Origin: an uncultured Alphaproteobacteria bacterium
GTDB taxonomy: Bacteria; Pseudomonadota; Alphaproteobacteria; CAAHEQ01; UBA3637
Assembly (NCBI GenBank): GCA_947586835.1
Contig: CANPXT010000001.1
Location: 136,395-200,394, forward strand
Length of the DNA: 64,000 bases
Direction: 5' to 3'
Shown: positions 26,752 to 36,627 of the stretch, piece by piece
How positions within the stretch are numbered: the first letter of the stretch is position 1
Layout of the letters: every line of letters starts with the position of its first letter
The notes under the pieces: model-generated
The model's input: only the letters and a program-made list of their open reading frames with translations
The model's database searches: none
What the model was told of the DNA's origin: nothing
Made by a program: the position numbers and the translations under genes

Positions 26752-28635
26752 ATGGAAACACCTGAAGTCTTACCCACCGAAAATAAGAAAAATGAGCCGA
26801 AAAAAACAACGGCTCGTCCGCCGAAAATGTCCGTCGAGCCAAAAGAGGATGAGAAAACATCCGCTCAAAAAGATATGAAGAACGGTAAATCGAAAGCCAA
26901 TTCGGATGATGCGTGCAAGGACAAACCCCGCAACGCGGATAAAGAAAATTCCGACGATAATAACGACGAAGACAATAAAGAAAATCCCGATGATGATGGG
27001 GACAACGATGAAGACGAAAATCCCGACGATGACGATGATGATGACGACGGAGATAATGACGAAGATCCCGACGATGACGATGATGATGACGACGGAGATG
27101 ATGACGAAGATCCCGACGATGACGATGATGATGACGACGGAGATGATGACGAAGATCCTGACGATGACGATGATGGTGAAACGGGTAGCGGAACAAGCGG
27201 CGAAGAAGATGAAAACGAGCTGATTTGGCTTACAAAAGAAGAAACAAGTACTAAAAATCCATTTTCAAAACCCCAAAACATTCCCTCACCGACACCTAAA
27301 AAAGAAAAAATTCAAGGGCCTGAAAAAGTTGAACGAACTCCTTGGCAACAAATGATTGATTTTATTGTGCATGGTGCCAAAGGTGCCATGATTAAAAACG
27401 GTGATATTTCCATTAAAGAACAAATTACCGATAAGCTGTTGCTCGGGCTGGGCTTTAAGTCATTTAAAGAAGATATTATGTTGCAACAACAGGCTAAAAA
27501 ATATTGGATTCAAAGATTAACGGGACAAAAAACCGATGTTTCATTATTGAATACGGATAAAATCGTCAAAAAAATAAAAAATGAAGAAACGTTTCAACAA
27601 AAAAAACAACGTTCCCAAGAACAAGTTACTGAGCATAAAAACTTTTTGACGCGCCTGATCGGGCAGAAGCAAAAAGAATCTGTTTCAATTCAACCCAATC
27701 AACAAACGGAAAACTTAAAATCACGCGTGATAAATCAAAAAACAGAAAAACAACCCGTACCGACTCAACCGCTTATTCAACAATCACATCTTACGGTCAA
27801 TGAAACTAAAACAACTTCAACATCTATACCATCAACGTCCATACCATCAACATCCGTACCGACATCAAAACCCCAAACAACGGAAACGCACGGATTAAAA
27901 GAAAAAATCGGACTGGCAGTTCAATTGACGGAAGAAAAATTACCTTTACGACCGGATCATACCATCAATCAAAACGAATTGCATGCTGAAAGACCTTTAA
28001 CCGTTACCGAATTAAAACAAAAAGAAAAAAAAGAAGCCGAAATCAATCCGACAACCGAACAAAGTGTTCAAAAACAACAAAAACATGATCAAAAAGATTT
28101 TCAAAATTTAATCATCATGCAGCAAATGCAAATACAAAATAATATACAAAACAATATGCAACACACCGTGCAAAGTAAGCTGCAAAATGAACTACAATTG
28201 CAAAATTTACAACAACAAATGGAATTTGTTGCCGCTGCCAGAGCAGCAGGACAACAACATCTTCATCAATCGCGACCGCAGCACAGACCGATACAGCCTT
28301 TCCCTGAGGAATTACTCCAACCTGTCGCTCCCACCAATAACCTTACACCTGCCGAAAAACAATTGATTCGCAAAGACTCGGAAACATTTGCCAATGTAGT
28401 TCATACATTAAATAACTTGAAATCAAACCCTTCGGAATCAAAAGCTCCGAATCCGAAATCTACAGACTCGACATCTGCGGATTCAACATCTGCGGATCCG
28501 AACGATCAATTGAAAAACACGGGCATGGGCACGAGCACAGAAGTACTTACTAATAATGCAATACCCGTTGATGAAGGAGCTATGAATCAAGAGAATCAGC
28601 ACCTACTGAATGAGAGTTTAAGCAAAAACAGATAA
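26752..28635 (+). CDS. Orphan low-complexity protein: poly-Asp/acidic tandem repeats, Ser/Thr-Pro repeats, Q/N-rich C-terminal half
   Basis: A 627-aa ORF with a promoter and AAAGGA SD. It has no signal peptide or TM. Composition is D/E/K/Q/N/T-rich. It is the only long ORF across 1.9 kb; the other-frame ORFs here are repeat artefacts. Confidence 0.6.
   Translation: METPEVLPTENKKNEPKKTTARPPKMSVEPKEDEKTSAQKDMKNGKSKANSDDACKDKPRNADKENSDDNNDEDNKENPDDDGDNDEDENPDDDDDDDDGDNDEDPDDDDDDDDGDDDEDPDDDDDDDDGDDDEDPDDDDDGETGSGTSGEEDENELIWLTKEETSTKNPFSKPQNIPSPTPKKEKIQGPEKVERTPWQQMIDFIVHGAKGAMIKNGDISIKEQITDKLLLGLGFKSFKEDIMLQQQAKKYWIQRLTGQKTDVSLLNTDKIVKKIKNEETFQQKKQRSQEQVTEHKNFLTRLIGQKQKESVSIQPNQQTENLKSRVINQKTEKQPVPTQPLIQQSHLTVNETKTTSTSIPSTSIPSTSVPTSKPQTTETHGLKEKIGLAVQLTEEKLPLRPDHTINQNELHAERPLTVTELKQKEKKEAEINPTTEQSVQKQQKHDQKDFQNLIIMQQMQIQNNIQNNMQHTVQSKLQNELQLQNLQQQMEFVAAARAAGQQHLHQSRPQHRPIQPFPEELLQPVAPTNNLTPAEKQLIRKDSETFANVVHTLNNLKSNPSESKAPNPKSTDSTSADSTSADPNDQLKNTGMGTSTEVLTNNAIPVDEGAMNQENQHLLNESLSKNR
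27025..27180. repeat. 45-bp tandem repeat, about 3.4 copies (encodes DDDDDDDDGD(N/D)DEDP)
   Basis: Units at 27025-27069, 27070-27114 and 27115-27159 differ by 1-2 nt. A partial fourth unit follows. Confidence 0.9.
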
Positions 28636-28659
28636 TTACCTTTTTTTATTCATTCTAAA

Positions 28660-29355
28660 TTATTTTATTTCATTTGTTGACAATAAAATCTCGCACGATT
28701 GCAAATCTTCCGGCGTGTTAATATCCAACGTAAAATAATTGTCAATTTCATACCCGTGCCGCGCATCATTCAATGAAGTTTGCAAAGATAATATATTTGT
28801 TTTAAAAAGACATAAGTATCCGTCAACATAATAAGCCTGCGCCATATCTTGTCTCCGAACGGTTGACGTGTGATTCAGCACATTTGCTAAAGAATCGCCG
28901 CGTTTATAACGAATGAGAATGGGGTTATAAGAAATCGGCGAAACACTCACGCCGTCATCATAATTCTGATTAATTTGCCATCGAATCATTCCATCAATAT
29001 GCATGGCACGCCGAAGCGGTGATGTCGGCTGTAAAATCATCATATAATCGAAATGTTCCCCCTTTTTCTCATAAGCACTCAACGTGTGCATGATGCATTC
29101 AATGGTTTTGGATGTATCGAGTGCCAATTCGGGCGGACGCTCCACAACCGAAACGCCTTGAGATTGCGCAAAAGCTTTAATATCGGCACCGTCTGTCGAA
29201 ACAACGATTTCATCTAATAATTCACTTTCTTTGGCAGATTTTATTGTCCAATAAATAAGCGGCTGCCCGTTTAAAAGGACCATATTTTTATTGGGAATGC
29301 CTTTACTGCCCGCACGGGCGGGAATAATACCGATAATTTTTTTTCCTTGATACAT
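28660..29355 (-). CDS. Acylneuraminate (NeuA/CMP-nonulosonate) cytidylyltransferase family protein
   Basis: IIGIIPARAGSKGIPNKN glycine-rich NTP-binding N-terminus and LQPTSPLR block, characteristic of the CMP-sugar synthetase family. Confidence 0.8.
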   Translation of the reverse strand: MYQGKKIIGIIPARAGSKGIPNKNMVLLNGQPLIYWTIKSAKESELLDEIVVSTDGADIKAFAQSQGVSVVERPPELALDTSKTIECIMHTLSAYEKKGEHFDYMMILQPTSPLRRAMHIDGMIRWQINQNYDDGVSVSPISYNPILIRYKRGDSLANVLNHTSTVRRQDMAQAYYVDGYLCLFKTNILSLQTSLNDARHGYEIDNYFTLDINTPEDLQSCEILLSTNEIK

Positions 29356-29496
29356 TTGTCCGTTTATCTTTCATTAAAAAAATATGTTTTTTATCATACA
29401 AAACTATTTTCTTTTTTGCAACAAAAAATTAAATAAAACGAAATGCTTGCTTTTTTTTCATAAATCACGCATAATTTCCGAAAAGGAGTTTTTGAA

Positions 29497-30372
29497 ATGA
29501 CACGATATATCAATTATGAAACAAAATTTTTACTACCTCAAAAAGCCGTTCCGTTTTTTGAAGCGGCTTTGGAAGAAATGGCAGCCGCTGTTTTAACCGT
29601 GATGATTGAAAAAGGCGCACAAAAAGGTTTATGGGAATTGCAAGCCATTTTTGAGGGAAAACCCGATGAAAAAGTACTTCAAAACTGCTTAAAAACGGCA
29701 GCCGAAAGCGCGCATATTGCCGTTCCGTCTTTTAATATAACGCCCATGCCGAATAAAAACTGGTTGCAGGAATGTTATCAAAGTTTTCAACCGATTACAA
29801 TCGGCAAATATTATATTTACGGCTCGCATGTGACCGATCAACCGCCCGTTGATAAAATCGCATTAAAAATTGATGCCGCAACGGCATTCGGGACGGGAGA
29901 ACATCAAACAACGCACGGGTGTTTAGAAGCTTTAAACGATTTGGATTTTCAGCCGAAAAACGTGATTGACATCGGGTGCGGATCGGGTATTTTGGCAATG
30001 GCCTATGCCAAAACATATCATCAACCGGTTGACGCGGTGGATATTGATCCCGAATCGGTGCGTATGGCTTTAAAAAATGCTGAAACAAACGGGTTAAGCC
30101 AACTGGTGCATGTGTGGGAAAGTACGGGATACAGCGCCGTTTCGGGACAATATGATTTAATTTTATGCAATATTTTGGCGCGCCCCCTCATTGAAATGGC
30201 ACCTGATTTAAAAGCACATTTAACCACAGGCGGACAAGCCGTTCTCTCGGGGTTTTTAACACGTCAGGAACGGTGGGTATTAAAGGCGCATACCGATATC
30301 GGCTTGCACTTGGTACGCCGATATCGTATTAACGGGTGGAGTACGCTTGTTGTTCAAAAGGGGGAGGAATGA
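29497..30372 (+). CDS. prmA: Ribosomal protein L11 methyltransferase
   Basis: FGTGEHQTTHGCLEAL and DIGCGSGILAMA SAM-binding motifs. Confidence 0.88.
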   Translation: MTRYINYETKFLLPQKAVPFFEAALEEMAAAVLTVMIEKGAQKGLWELQAIFEGKPDEKVLQNCLKTAAESAHIAVPSFNITPMPNKNWLQECYQSFQPITIGKYYIYGSHVTDQPPVDKIALKIDAATAFGTGEHQTTHGCLEALNDLDFQPKNVIDIGCGSGILAMAYAKTYHQPVDAVDIDPESVRMALKNAETNGLSQLVHVWESTGYSAVSGQYDLILCNILARPLIEMAPDLKAHLTTGGQAVLSGFLTRQERWVLKAHTDIGLHLVRRYRINGWSTLVVQKGEE

Positions 30373-32039
30373 AAAACGCTTATCAACAAATTAAAAACTT
30401 TGTACGCACACATCAAAACAGTGCCGTCCTTGTTTCCAGAATCGATTCGTTTTTAGGGGAATATTATCCGCCCGAAGCTAAACGATTGAGCGCTGTTTCG
30501 GGCTTTACGGGATCGGCTGGACTGGCGTTTATCGATTCTTTTCAAGACGTGTTGTTCGTTGATTCGCGCTATACGGTTCAAGCAAAAAAACAATCATCTT
30601 TTCAAGTTTTTGAAGTACCGACACAAACAACACCGTTAAAATGGATTATTGAAAACTTTAAAGGAAAAACCGTTTATTTTAATCCGCAAACGCATTCGGT
30701 ATCTTGGGCTCAAAAAAGCGCGGAAGAGTTACAAAAAGCAAACATTTGTTTAAAACCGCTATCACTCAAACAACTCACACAATTTTTTGCAAAACAATCT
30801 TTTCGGCAGAAAGATGTCTTTGATTATTCCGTTCAATTTTGCGGTGAATCATCGGAGAATAAATTAGCGCGTTTGGGAAAGCACATTCGTCAAAACAAAT
30901 GGGATGCTTATCTTGTTTCAACGCCCGAAAATGTTTCATGGCTGTTAAATAAACGCGCGCGCACGGTTTTAGAATATCCCGTTCTTTTTGAAAGAGGGTT
31001 TGTCGATAAACAAGGCGTTTATACCCCCTTAAATAAGCAAACCGTTTCTTTGTTAAAAGGAAAAAAAGTGGCACTTTCGGAATCTTCAACATCTTATTTT
31101 TTATATCAGACTTTAAAAAAAGTTGCCGTTTTGGAAAATGCACCTGATATTGTTAATTATTGGAAAGCCGTTAAAAACAAAACGGAAATTCAAAACATTC
31201 GCTTGGCATGCCTGTATGAAAGCGCGGTTATTTGTCGCTTTTTGGCATGGGTAGAAGAAAATAAGCAATCGGCAGATGAATGTGCCTGTGATGAAAAACT
31301 CATTGCTTTACGCAAAGAAAATCCGCTTTACTTCGGTGACAGTTTTGAAACAATTGCCGCTGTCGGCGCCCATGCGGCACTGGCGCATTATCGCGCGGAT
31401 AAAACGTCAACCGTTTCCCTGATGAGCGCGCCGCTTTTATTGGTTGATACCGGCGGGCATTATTTAAACGGCACCACCGATATGACGCGAACAATTGCCG
31501 TTCAAAAACCGACAAAACTGATGAAAAAACGATATACACAAGTGTTACAGGGGCATATTGATTTAGCTGGAACCCTTTTGCCGAAAGGCGCAAAAGCTTC
31601 GGTGTTAGATGAAAAAGCGCATGCTTATTTACGCGCAGATTCGGTTGATTTTCTGCATGCGACGGGGCATGGTATCGGATTAATGCTTGCCGTGCATGAA
31701 ATGCCGCCGACCGTATCGCCCTATGACACATTCGGCCTTCAAGCCGGTATGATTTTCTCAAACGAACCGGCATTTTACAGCGAAACAGACGGATTCGGCA
31801 TTCGGTTGGAAAATATGTTGTTGGCGGTTGAGAGTTCAAACGAACTTTCTTTTCAAAACTTAATTTTTGCGCCGTTTGATTATCGATTGATTGATTTTAA
31901 CGCTTTGACAAAACAACAATTATTATGGCTGAAAAATTATCATCAAACAATTTATGATACCGTTTTTCCGATGTTAAGTCTTAAAGAACAAGAAATTTTA
32001 TTACCGTTTATCACGGCATTTCAAAAGGATAAAAAATGA
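30369..32039 (+). CDS. pepP: Xaa-Pro aminopeptidase (M24B, aminopeptidase P family)
   Basis: DTGGHY..GTTDMTRT, HATGHGIG, SNEPAFY and RLEN metal-ligand blocks. The ATG is preceded by GGGGGAGG and overlaps the prmA stop (ATGA). Confidence 0.85.
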   Translation: MKNAYQQIKNFVRTHQNSAVLVSRIDSFLGEYYPPEAKRLSAVSGFTGSAGLAFIDSFQDVLFVDSRYTVQAKKQSSFQVFEVPTQTTPLKWIIENFKGKTVYFNPQTHSVSWAQKSAEELQKANICLKPLSLKQLTQFFAKQSFRQKDVFDYSVQFCGESSENKLARLGKHIRQNKWDAYLVSTPENVSWLLNKRARTVLEYPVLFERGFVDKQGVYTPLNKQTVSLLKGKKVALSESSTSYFLYQTLKKVAVLENAPDIVNYWKAVKNKTEIQNIRLACLYESAVICRFLAWVEENKQSADECACDEKLIALRKENPLYFGDSFETIAAVGAHAALAHYRADKTSTVSLMSAPLLLVDTGGHYLNGTTDMTRTIAVQKPTKLMKKRYTQVLQGHIDLAGTLLPKGAKASVLDEKAHAYLRADSVDFLHATGHGIGLMLAVHEMPPTVSPYDTFGLQAGMIFSNEPAFYSETDGFGIRLENMLLAVESSNELSFQNLIFAPFDYRLIDFNALTKQQLLWLKNYHQTIYDTVFPMLSLKEQEILLPFITAFQKDKK

Positions 32040-32515
32040 GTAAAACGTTAATTTCAAGCGGTACAATTGCTACCAATAAAAAAGCACGATTTAATTATGT
32101 GATTCAAGAAACATATGAAGCAGGCATCATGTTAACCGGCGGGGAAGTCAAATCCCTGCGAGCGGGACGAGCTACCATTAACGAAAGTTACGCTTCCATT
32201 GAAAAAGACGGCGCCGTTTATTTAATCAATGCCCATATTGCCGAATATACCAATGCCAAAGGCGGTTTTATCGAGCAATCGGCAACACGAAAACGCAAAC
32301 TGTTGCTTCACGCCAAGGAAATCAATAAATTACGCGGTGCCATCGAGCAAAAAGGAAAGACACTTGTGCCTTTAGAGCTTTATTTTAACGCACGCGGTAT
32401 TGCCAAAGTGAAAATTGCCGTTGCCATCGGTAAAAATCATGCCGATAAGCGCGAAGATATTAAAAAACGCGAATGGGATATTGTGAAACGGCGTATTTTA
32501 ACGCAACATAATTAA
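32036..32515 (+). CDS. smpB: SsrA-binding protein SmpB
   Basis: IATNKKARFNY.I...YEAGI.L.G.EVKSLR is the canonical SmpB text. Confidence 0.95.
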   Translation: MSKTLISSGTIATNKKARFNYVIQETYEAGIMLTGGEVKSLRAGRATINESYASIEKDGAVYLINAHIAEYTNAKGGFIEQSATRKRKLLLHAKEINKLRGAIEQKGKTLVPLELYFNARGIAKVKIAVAIGKNHADKREDIKKREWDIVKRRILTQHN

Positions 32516-32534
32516 CAAACCAATTCATTTTTTA

Positions 32535-32885
32535 TCACCGATGCGGTTTAAAGCCTTTATGTCCGCCAAAATGCAGACGCGGCGGTGCCGGACGATAATG
32601 ATGATGTCTGTCCCAAATACTATGCAATATAGCACCGCCGATAAGCGTGCCGGCACCTGCCAGAAAGAGCGTTTCATCCGAAATGCGTGGCGCTTCTTGC
32701 ACATAAACGGTCGTGGGTGCCGGTTCGCGAACAATAACCGTTTGTGCCGGTGCTTGTTGATAAACAACAGTTTGTGTTTGCGGGACCGTATCGGGTACAT
32801 AAACATAACCGGCCAATGCGGGCGTTCCGCTTAAAAACGCAAAAGCTGCCGTTAAAGAAAGAGTGATGAATTGATGATATAACAT
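32535..32885 (-). CDS. Small exported/anchored protein with His/Pro-rich basic tail (hypothetical)
   Basis: GGAGGA SD, a signal peptide ending ALAG, one TM (LFLAGAGTLIGGAILHSIW) and the tail RHHHYRPAPPRLHFGGHKGFKPHR. Confidence 0.5.
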   Translation of the reverse strand: MLYHQFITLSLTAAFAFLSGTPALAGYVYVPDTVPQTQTVVYQQAPAQTVIVREPAPTTVYVQEAPRISDETLFLAGAGTLIGGAILHSIWDRHHHYRPAPPRLHFGGHKGFKPHR

Positions 32886-32951
32886 TTTATTCCTCCGTTT
32901 TTTTTATTTCATTTGTTTAAAACGAAGAAATCGTCAAAATGTTCAAAAAAA

Positions 32952-33257
32952 CTATTCTTCAAAAACGTAAAGACTGTCAAACCGCGCGGCATACATCACA
33001 TCTTTCACTTTTCCTTTCACGCCACGAATGGATAAGTTGACCGCATGGGAAGAAGCTTCATCATGCGCAATGACAAACATACCGAGTGCCGCCGAATCAA
33101 TAAAATCACAGTCTGATAAATCAAAAACAATTTTTGGAACTGTCGCTGATTTAATTAAAGAAACAATTTCAAAAAAACCGTCATGATCCCGAAACGTGAA
33201 AGAACCCGAAAAAAAGATTTCTTTTCCGTCTTTGACATCTGTTGTTTTATAATTCAT
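32952..33257 (-). CDS. STAS-domain protein (anti-sigma-factor-antagonist-like)
   Basis: 101 aa with an AAGGAGG SD. The F.GSFTF.D...F......IVFDLS.C.FIDSAALGM pattern is typical of SpoIIAA/STAS folds. Confidence 0.65.
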   Translation of the reverse strand: MNYKTTDVKDGKEIFFSGSFTFRDHDGFFEIVSLIKSATVPKIVFDLSDCDFIDSAALGMFVIAHDEASSHAVNLSIRGVKGKVKDVMYAARFDSLYVFEE

Positions 33258-33310
33258 GCAACCCTCCTTTTTTATTTAATATTGACCTGTTTTTATGGCT
33301 TCGTCAAGTA

Positions 33311-34039
33311 TTATTTCGTTCTTTTTTTTGAAAAAACAAGATAGATCGGTTTTCTTCCGGCTTCAATGCCTTTTTTTTCATAACGTGTAGGCACCCAATC
33401 GGAAGGCGGACGTGTAACATCTTTATTGGTTTGTTTAAAACAGCCGTCTAATGTTACCTGTTCCATTGCCCAAGCAGCATAATCGGCAACATCGGTGGCA
33501 ACAAATAATTGACCGTCTTGAGATAAAAGTCGATATAAATGTTTTAAATTGGCAGCATTAATAAATCGCCGTTCGGCATGACGTGCTTTCGGCCACGGAT
33601 CGGGATATAACAAAAAAACTCGTTGAAACAATCCGTCTTTAAAAAACGGGAATAAATCTCTCACGTCATCCGGCCAAATGCGCACGTTATCGACTCGCCC
33701 CTCTTCCAAGTGCGCATGTGTTGTTTGCTTTTCGTGCGATCCGTTTAAATGAGCCAAAAGAGATGCTACTCCGTTTATAAACGGTTCGGCTCCGATAAAT
33801 CCAACAGACGGATAAAGCTTGGCCAACTCGGCAACATGTTCACCGCCGCCGAACCCGATTTCCAGCCACACCTCCCGCGGTTGAATGCCGAAAAAGGTAT
33901 TCATATCAAATTGTTCGCCCTCTTTCGGCAAAACAGGTTTGAGTTTCGGAAGCAATTCATCAATCAACCGTTGTTTTGAAGGCTTAATCGCTTTTCCTTT
34001 GCGTCGTCCGAAGAAACGCAAATCACGCAATTGAGGCAT
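33311..34039 (-). CDS. trmB: tRNA (guanine46-N7)-methyltransferase
   Basis: EIGFGGGEH, YPDPWPK and RYEKK blocks. Confidence 0.9.
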   Translation of the reverse strand: MPQLRDLRFFGRRKGKAIKPSKQRLIDELLPKLKPVLPKEGEQFDMNTFFGIQPREVWLEIGFGGGEHVAELAKLYPSVGFIGAEPFINGVASLLAHLNGSHEKQTTHAHLEEGRVDNVRIWPDDVRDLFPFFKDGLFQRVFLLYPDPWPKARHAERRFINAANLKHLYRLLSQDGQLFVATDVADYAAWAMEQVTLDGCFKQTNKDVTRPPSDWVPTRYEKKGIEAGRKPIYLVFSKKRTK

Positions 34040-34042
34040 TGC

Positions 34043-36502
34043 CTATTTCTCCGAACTCGGTTTGACATGCCAAATATCGCGCGCATACTCGGCAACCGTT
34101 CTGTCAATGGAAAATTTACCTGAACGCGCAATATTAATCAAAGCTTTCTTTTCCCATGCCAAGTGATTGAGATAATCCGTTCTGATTTTATCATGTGCTT
34201 CGCAGTACGAATTAAAATCACCCAACAACATATAATAATCGCGGAACATAATATTTTGGAAAATCGGCGCAAACAAATTTTTATCTTCATTCGGGGTAAA
34301 TAAACCGGACGTTATGGCATCCATCACGCGTCGAATTTGCATGTCGGCATTATAAAAATCCCACGGACGATATGAATCGGAAGCATGCTTTTGCGACACT
34401 TCTTCGGCCGTCATACCGAAAAGATAAAAGTTTTCTTTTCCGACTTCTTTCAAAATTTCCACATTGGCACCGTCCAGCGTTCCCAACGTTAAAGCGCCGT
34501 TCATCATAAACTTCATATTGCTGGTACCGGATGCTTCAAACCCGGCGGTTGATATTTGCTCGCTGATATCCGACCCCGGAAATACCACTTCGGCAACCGA
34601 TACTTTATAATCAGGAATAAACACAACTTTTAATTGATCTTTCACACGCGGATCATTATTGACCACTTTGGCAATATTATTAATGAACTTAATGATCAGC
34701 TTGGCAAAATCGTAACTGGGTGCGGCTTTTCCACCGAAAATATACGTTTTACCGATTGGTAACATCACGCAGTCTTCCACAATTTTCAAGTATTCATAAA
34801 CAATATGCAACGCATTCAAAAGCTGCCGTTTATATTCGTGAATGCGTTTTACCTGACAATCAAAAATGGTATTGGGATTCACATGAATACCGGTTGTACA
34901 ATCAATCAATGCCGCCAATCGTTTTTTATTTTCAAACTTAATGCGATGCAATTTATCTAACGAAGAATCATCGTCAACAAACTGTTCCAGTTTTTTAATT
35001 TTCGATAAATCGGTAATCCATTCTTTTCCGATTCGTTCGGTAATAAATCGTGCCAATCCTTCGTTTGAATCTAAAATCCAGCGGCGCGGAGTCACACCGT
35101 TTGTTTTATTGTTAAACTTTTCCGGCCACATTTCATAAAAATCAGGCACCAGTTTTGTTTCCAACAGTTTGGTATGAATTTCCGCCACACCGTTTACGGA
35201 ATGACTGCCCGTAATAGCAAGGTTTGCCATGCGAATTTGTTTTTGCGGTCCTTCTTCAATTAAAGAAACGCGACTTAGTCGACCGTTATCTCCGGGGAAG
35301 CGTTCCATTACCTCTTTCATCAGATGATCGTTGATTTCATAGATAATACCCAAATGACGCGGCAAATGTTTTTCAAACAACGAAACCGGCCATTTTTCCA
35401 ACGCTTCGGGAAGCAGGGTGTGATTGGTATAAGCCATGGTTCGACGCGTAATATCAAACGCCTGATTCCAATCTAATCGATAAACATCAAGCAACACGCG
35501 CATTAATTCCACAATAGCCAGCGTCGGATGCGTATCGTTCAACTGAATAGCCACTTTTTCCGGTAATAAATTAAAGTCGGTATGATTTTCCAAGAATCGA
35601 CGCATAATATCGTTAATAACACACGACGTAAAGAAATATTGTTGCACTAATCGCAAAAATTTACCTTGTTCAACGGCGTCTGACGGATAGAGAACTTTTG
35701 AAATGGTTTCCACCTGAATGTTTCTTTCAACAGCTTCCACATAACCGCCCCGATTAAACACTTCAATATCCAATACATTAGTGGATCGCGCTGCAAACAA
35801 ACGCAAATAATTAACCGTTTTTCCGCCGTAACCGACAATCGGCATATCATACGGCACACCGAGTAATTGATTGGTTCCGACCCAATGCGGTTCACGTACA
35901 CCGTTTTTTTCTTCATAAACGACATAACCGTTAATTTGCACCAAACAAGACCGATCGGCACGTTCAATCTGCCACGGCGAAGAGCGTTCCAACCAAGAAT
36001 CGGCGCGTTCTTTTTGCCAACCGTTTTCAAAATATTGCTTAAACAAGCCGAACTGATAATTAATACCGTAACCGTATCCCGGCATTCCCTGCGATGCAAT
36101 GGAATCCAAAATACACGCAGCTAACCGACCCAATCCGCCATTTCCCAACGCCGGATCATATTCACAATCCAACACTTCTTTCAACGAAATCTGATTATCC
36201 AAATGCACTTCATCCAATAAATCCATAATTTCAAAATTATACAAATTATTGGGCAACAAACGTCCGAGCAAATATTCCAAAGATAAATAATAAATGCGTT
36301 TCGGATCATTCGCTTCATGACGAGCAGCCGTTTCAAACATGCTGTCAATGCATAAATCACGCACGGCCATTGCCAATGCCGTAAATAAGTGATCTTTATC
36401 GGCTTCACATACGCGTTTTGACAGCGAATATTTAATATGCCATTCAATTCGTCGTTGTAATTCGGCAGCGGTTATTTTATGTGTTGATTGTTTTTCAGTC
36501 AT
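34043..36502 (-). CDS. glgP: Glycogen/maltodextrin phosphorylase
   Basis: 819 aa with the PLP-lysine block EASGTSNMKFMMNGA and the LGNGGLGRLAAC block. Confidence 0.95.
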   Translation of the reverse strand: MTEKQSTHKITAAELQRRIEWHIKYSLSKRVCEADKDHLFTALAMAVRDLCIDSMFETAARHEANDPKRIYYLSLEYLLGRLLPNNLYNFEIMDLLDEVHLDNQISLKEVLDCEYDPALGNGGLGRLAACILDSIASQGMPGYGYGINYQFGLFKQYFENGWQKERADSWLERSSPWQIERADRSCLVQINGYVVYEEKNGVREPHWVGTNQLLGVPYDMPIVGYGGKTVNYLRLFAARSTNVLDIEVFNRGGYVEAVERNIQVETISKVLYPSDAVEQGKFLRLVQQYFFTSCVINDIMRRFLENHTDFNLLPEKVAIQLNDTHPTLAIVELMRVLLDVYRLDWNQAFDITRRTMAYTNHTLLPEALEKWPVSLFEKHLPRHLGIIYEINDHLMKEVMERFPGDNGRLSRVSLIEEGPQKQIRMANLAITGSHSVNGVAEIHTKLLETKLVPDFYEMWPEKFNNKTNGVTPRRWILDSNEGLARFITERIGKEWITDLSKIKKLEQFVDDDSSLDKLHRIKFENKKRLAALIDCTTGIHVNPNTIFDCQVKRIHEYKRQLLNALHIVYEYLKIVEDCVMLPIGKTYIFGGKAAPSYDFAKLIIKFINNIAKVVNNDPRVKDQLKVVFIPDYKVSVAEVVFPGSDISEQISTAGFEASGTSNMKFMMNGALTLGTLDGANVEILKEVGKENFYLFGMTAEEVSQKHASDSYRPWDFYNADMQIRRVMDAITSGLFTPNEDKNLFAPIFQNIMFRDYYMLLGDFNSYCEAHDKIRTDYLNHLAWEKKALINIARSGKFSIDRTVAEYARDIWHVKPSSEK

Positions 36503-36627
36503 TATCAGTCCCTTTCTTGTTGCTTTACCTAATATAGCCGCAAAAAGATTAACAGATTACTAACAAATACTTTTAAAATAAAACATATTATAAAAAAACA
36601 AATTTTTAAAGAATATTTTTTATATTT

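Noticed and set aside
27025-27180. Regularly spaced 45-bp repeats as a possible CRISPR array
   Set aside because: The units are directly adjacent with no unique spacers. They are in-frame coding sequence, and no cas genes are present.
26744-27281. Three extra ORFs of 105-150 aa in other frames or strands over the Asp-repeat region (His/Arg-rich, Ser-rich and Met/Thr-rich translations)
   Set aside because: They exist only because the GAT/GAC-rich 45-bp tandem repeat lacks stops in several frames. None has an SD or extends beyond the repeat, and the plus-strand 627-aa ORF explains the region.
32525-32834. Two alternative ORFs (93 aa minus strand, 97 aa plus strand) overlapping the small exported protein gene
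   Set aside because: Only the 116-aa frame has a GGAGGA SD, a signal peptide and a TM segment. The others are Arg/Cys-rich shadow frames of a locally GC-richer stretch.
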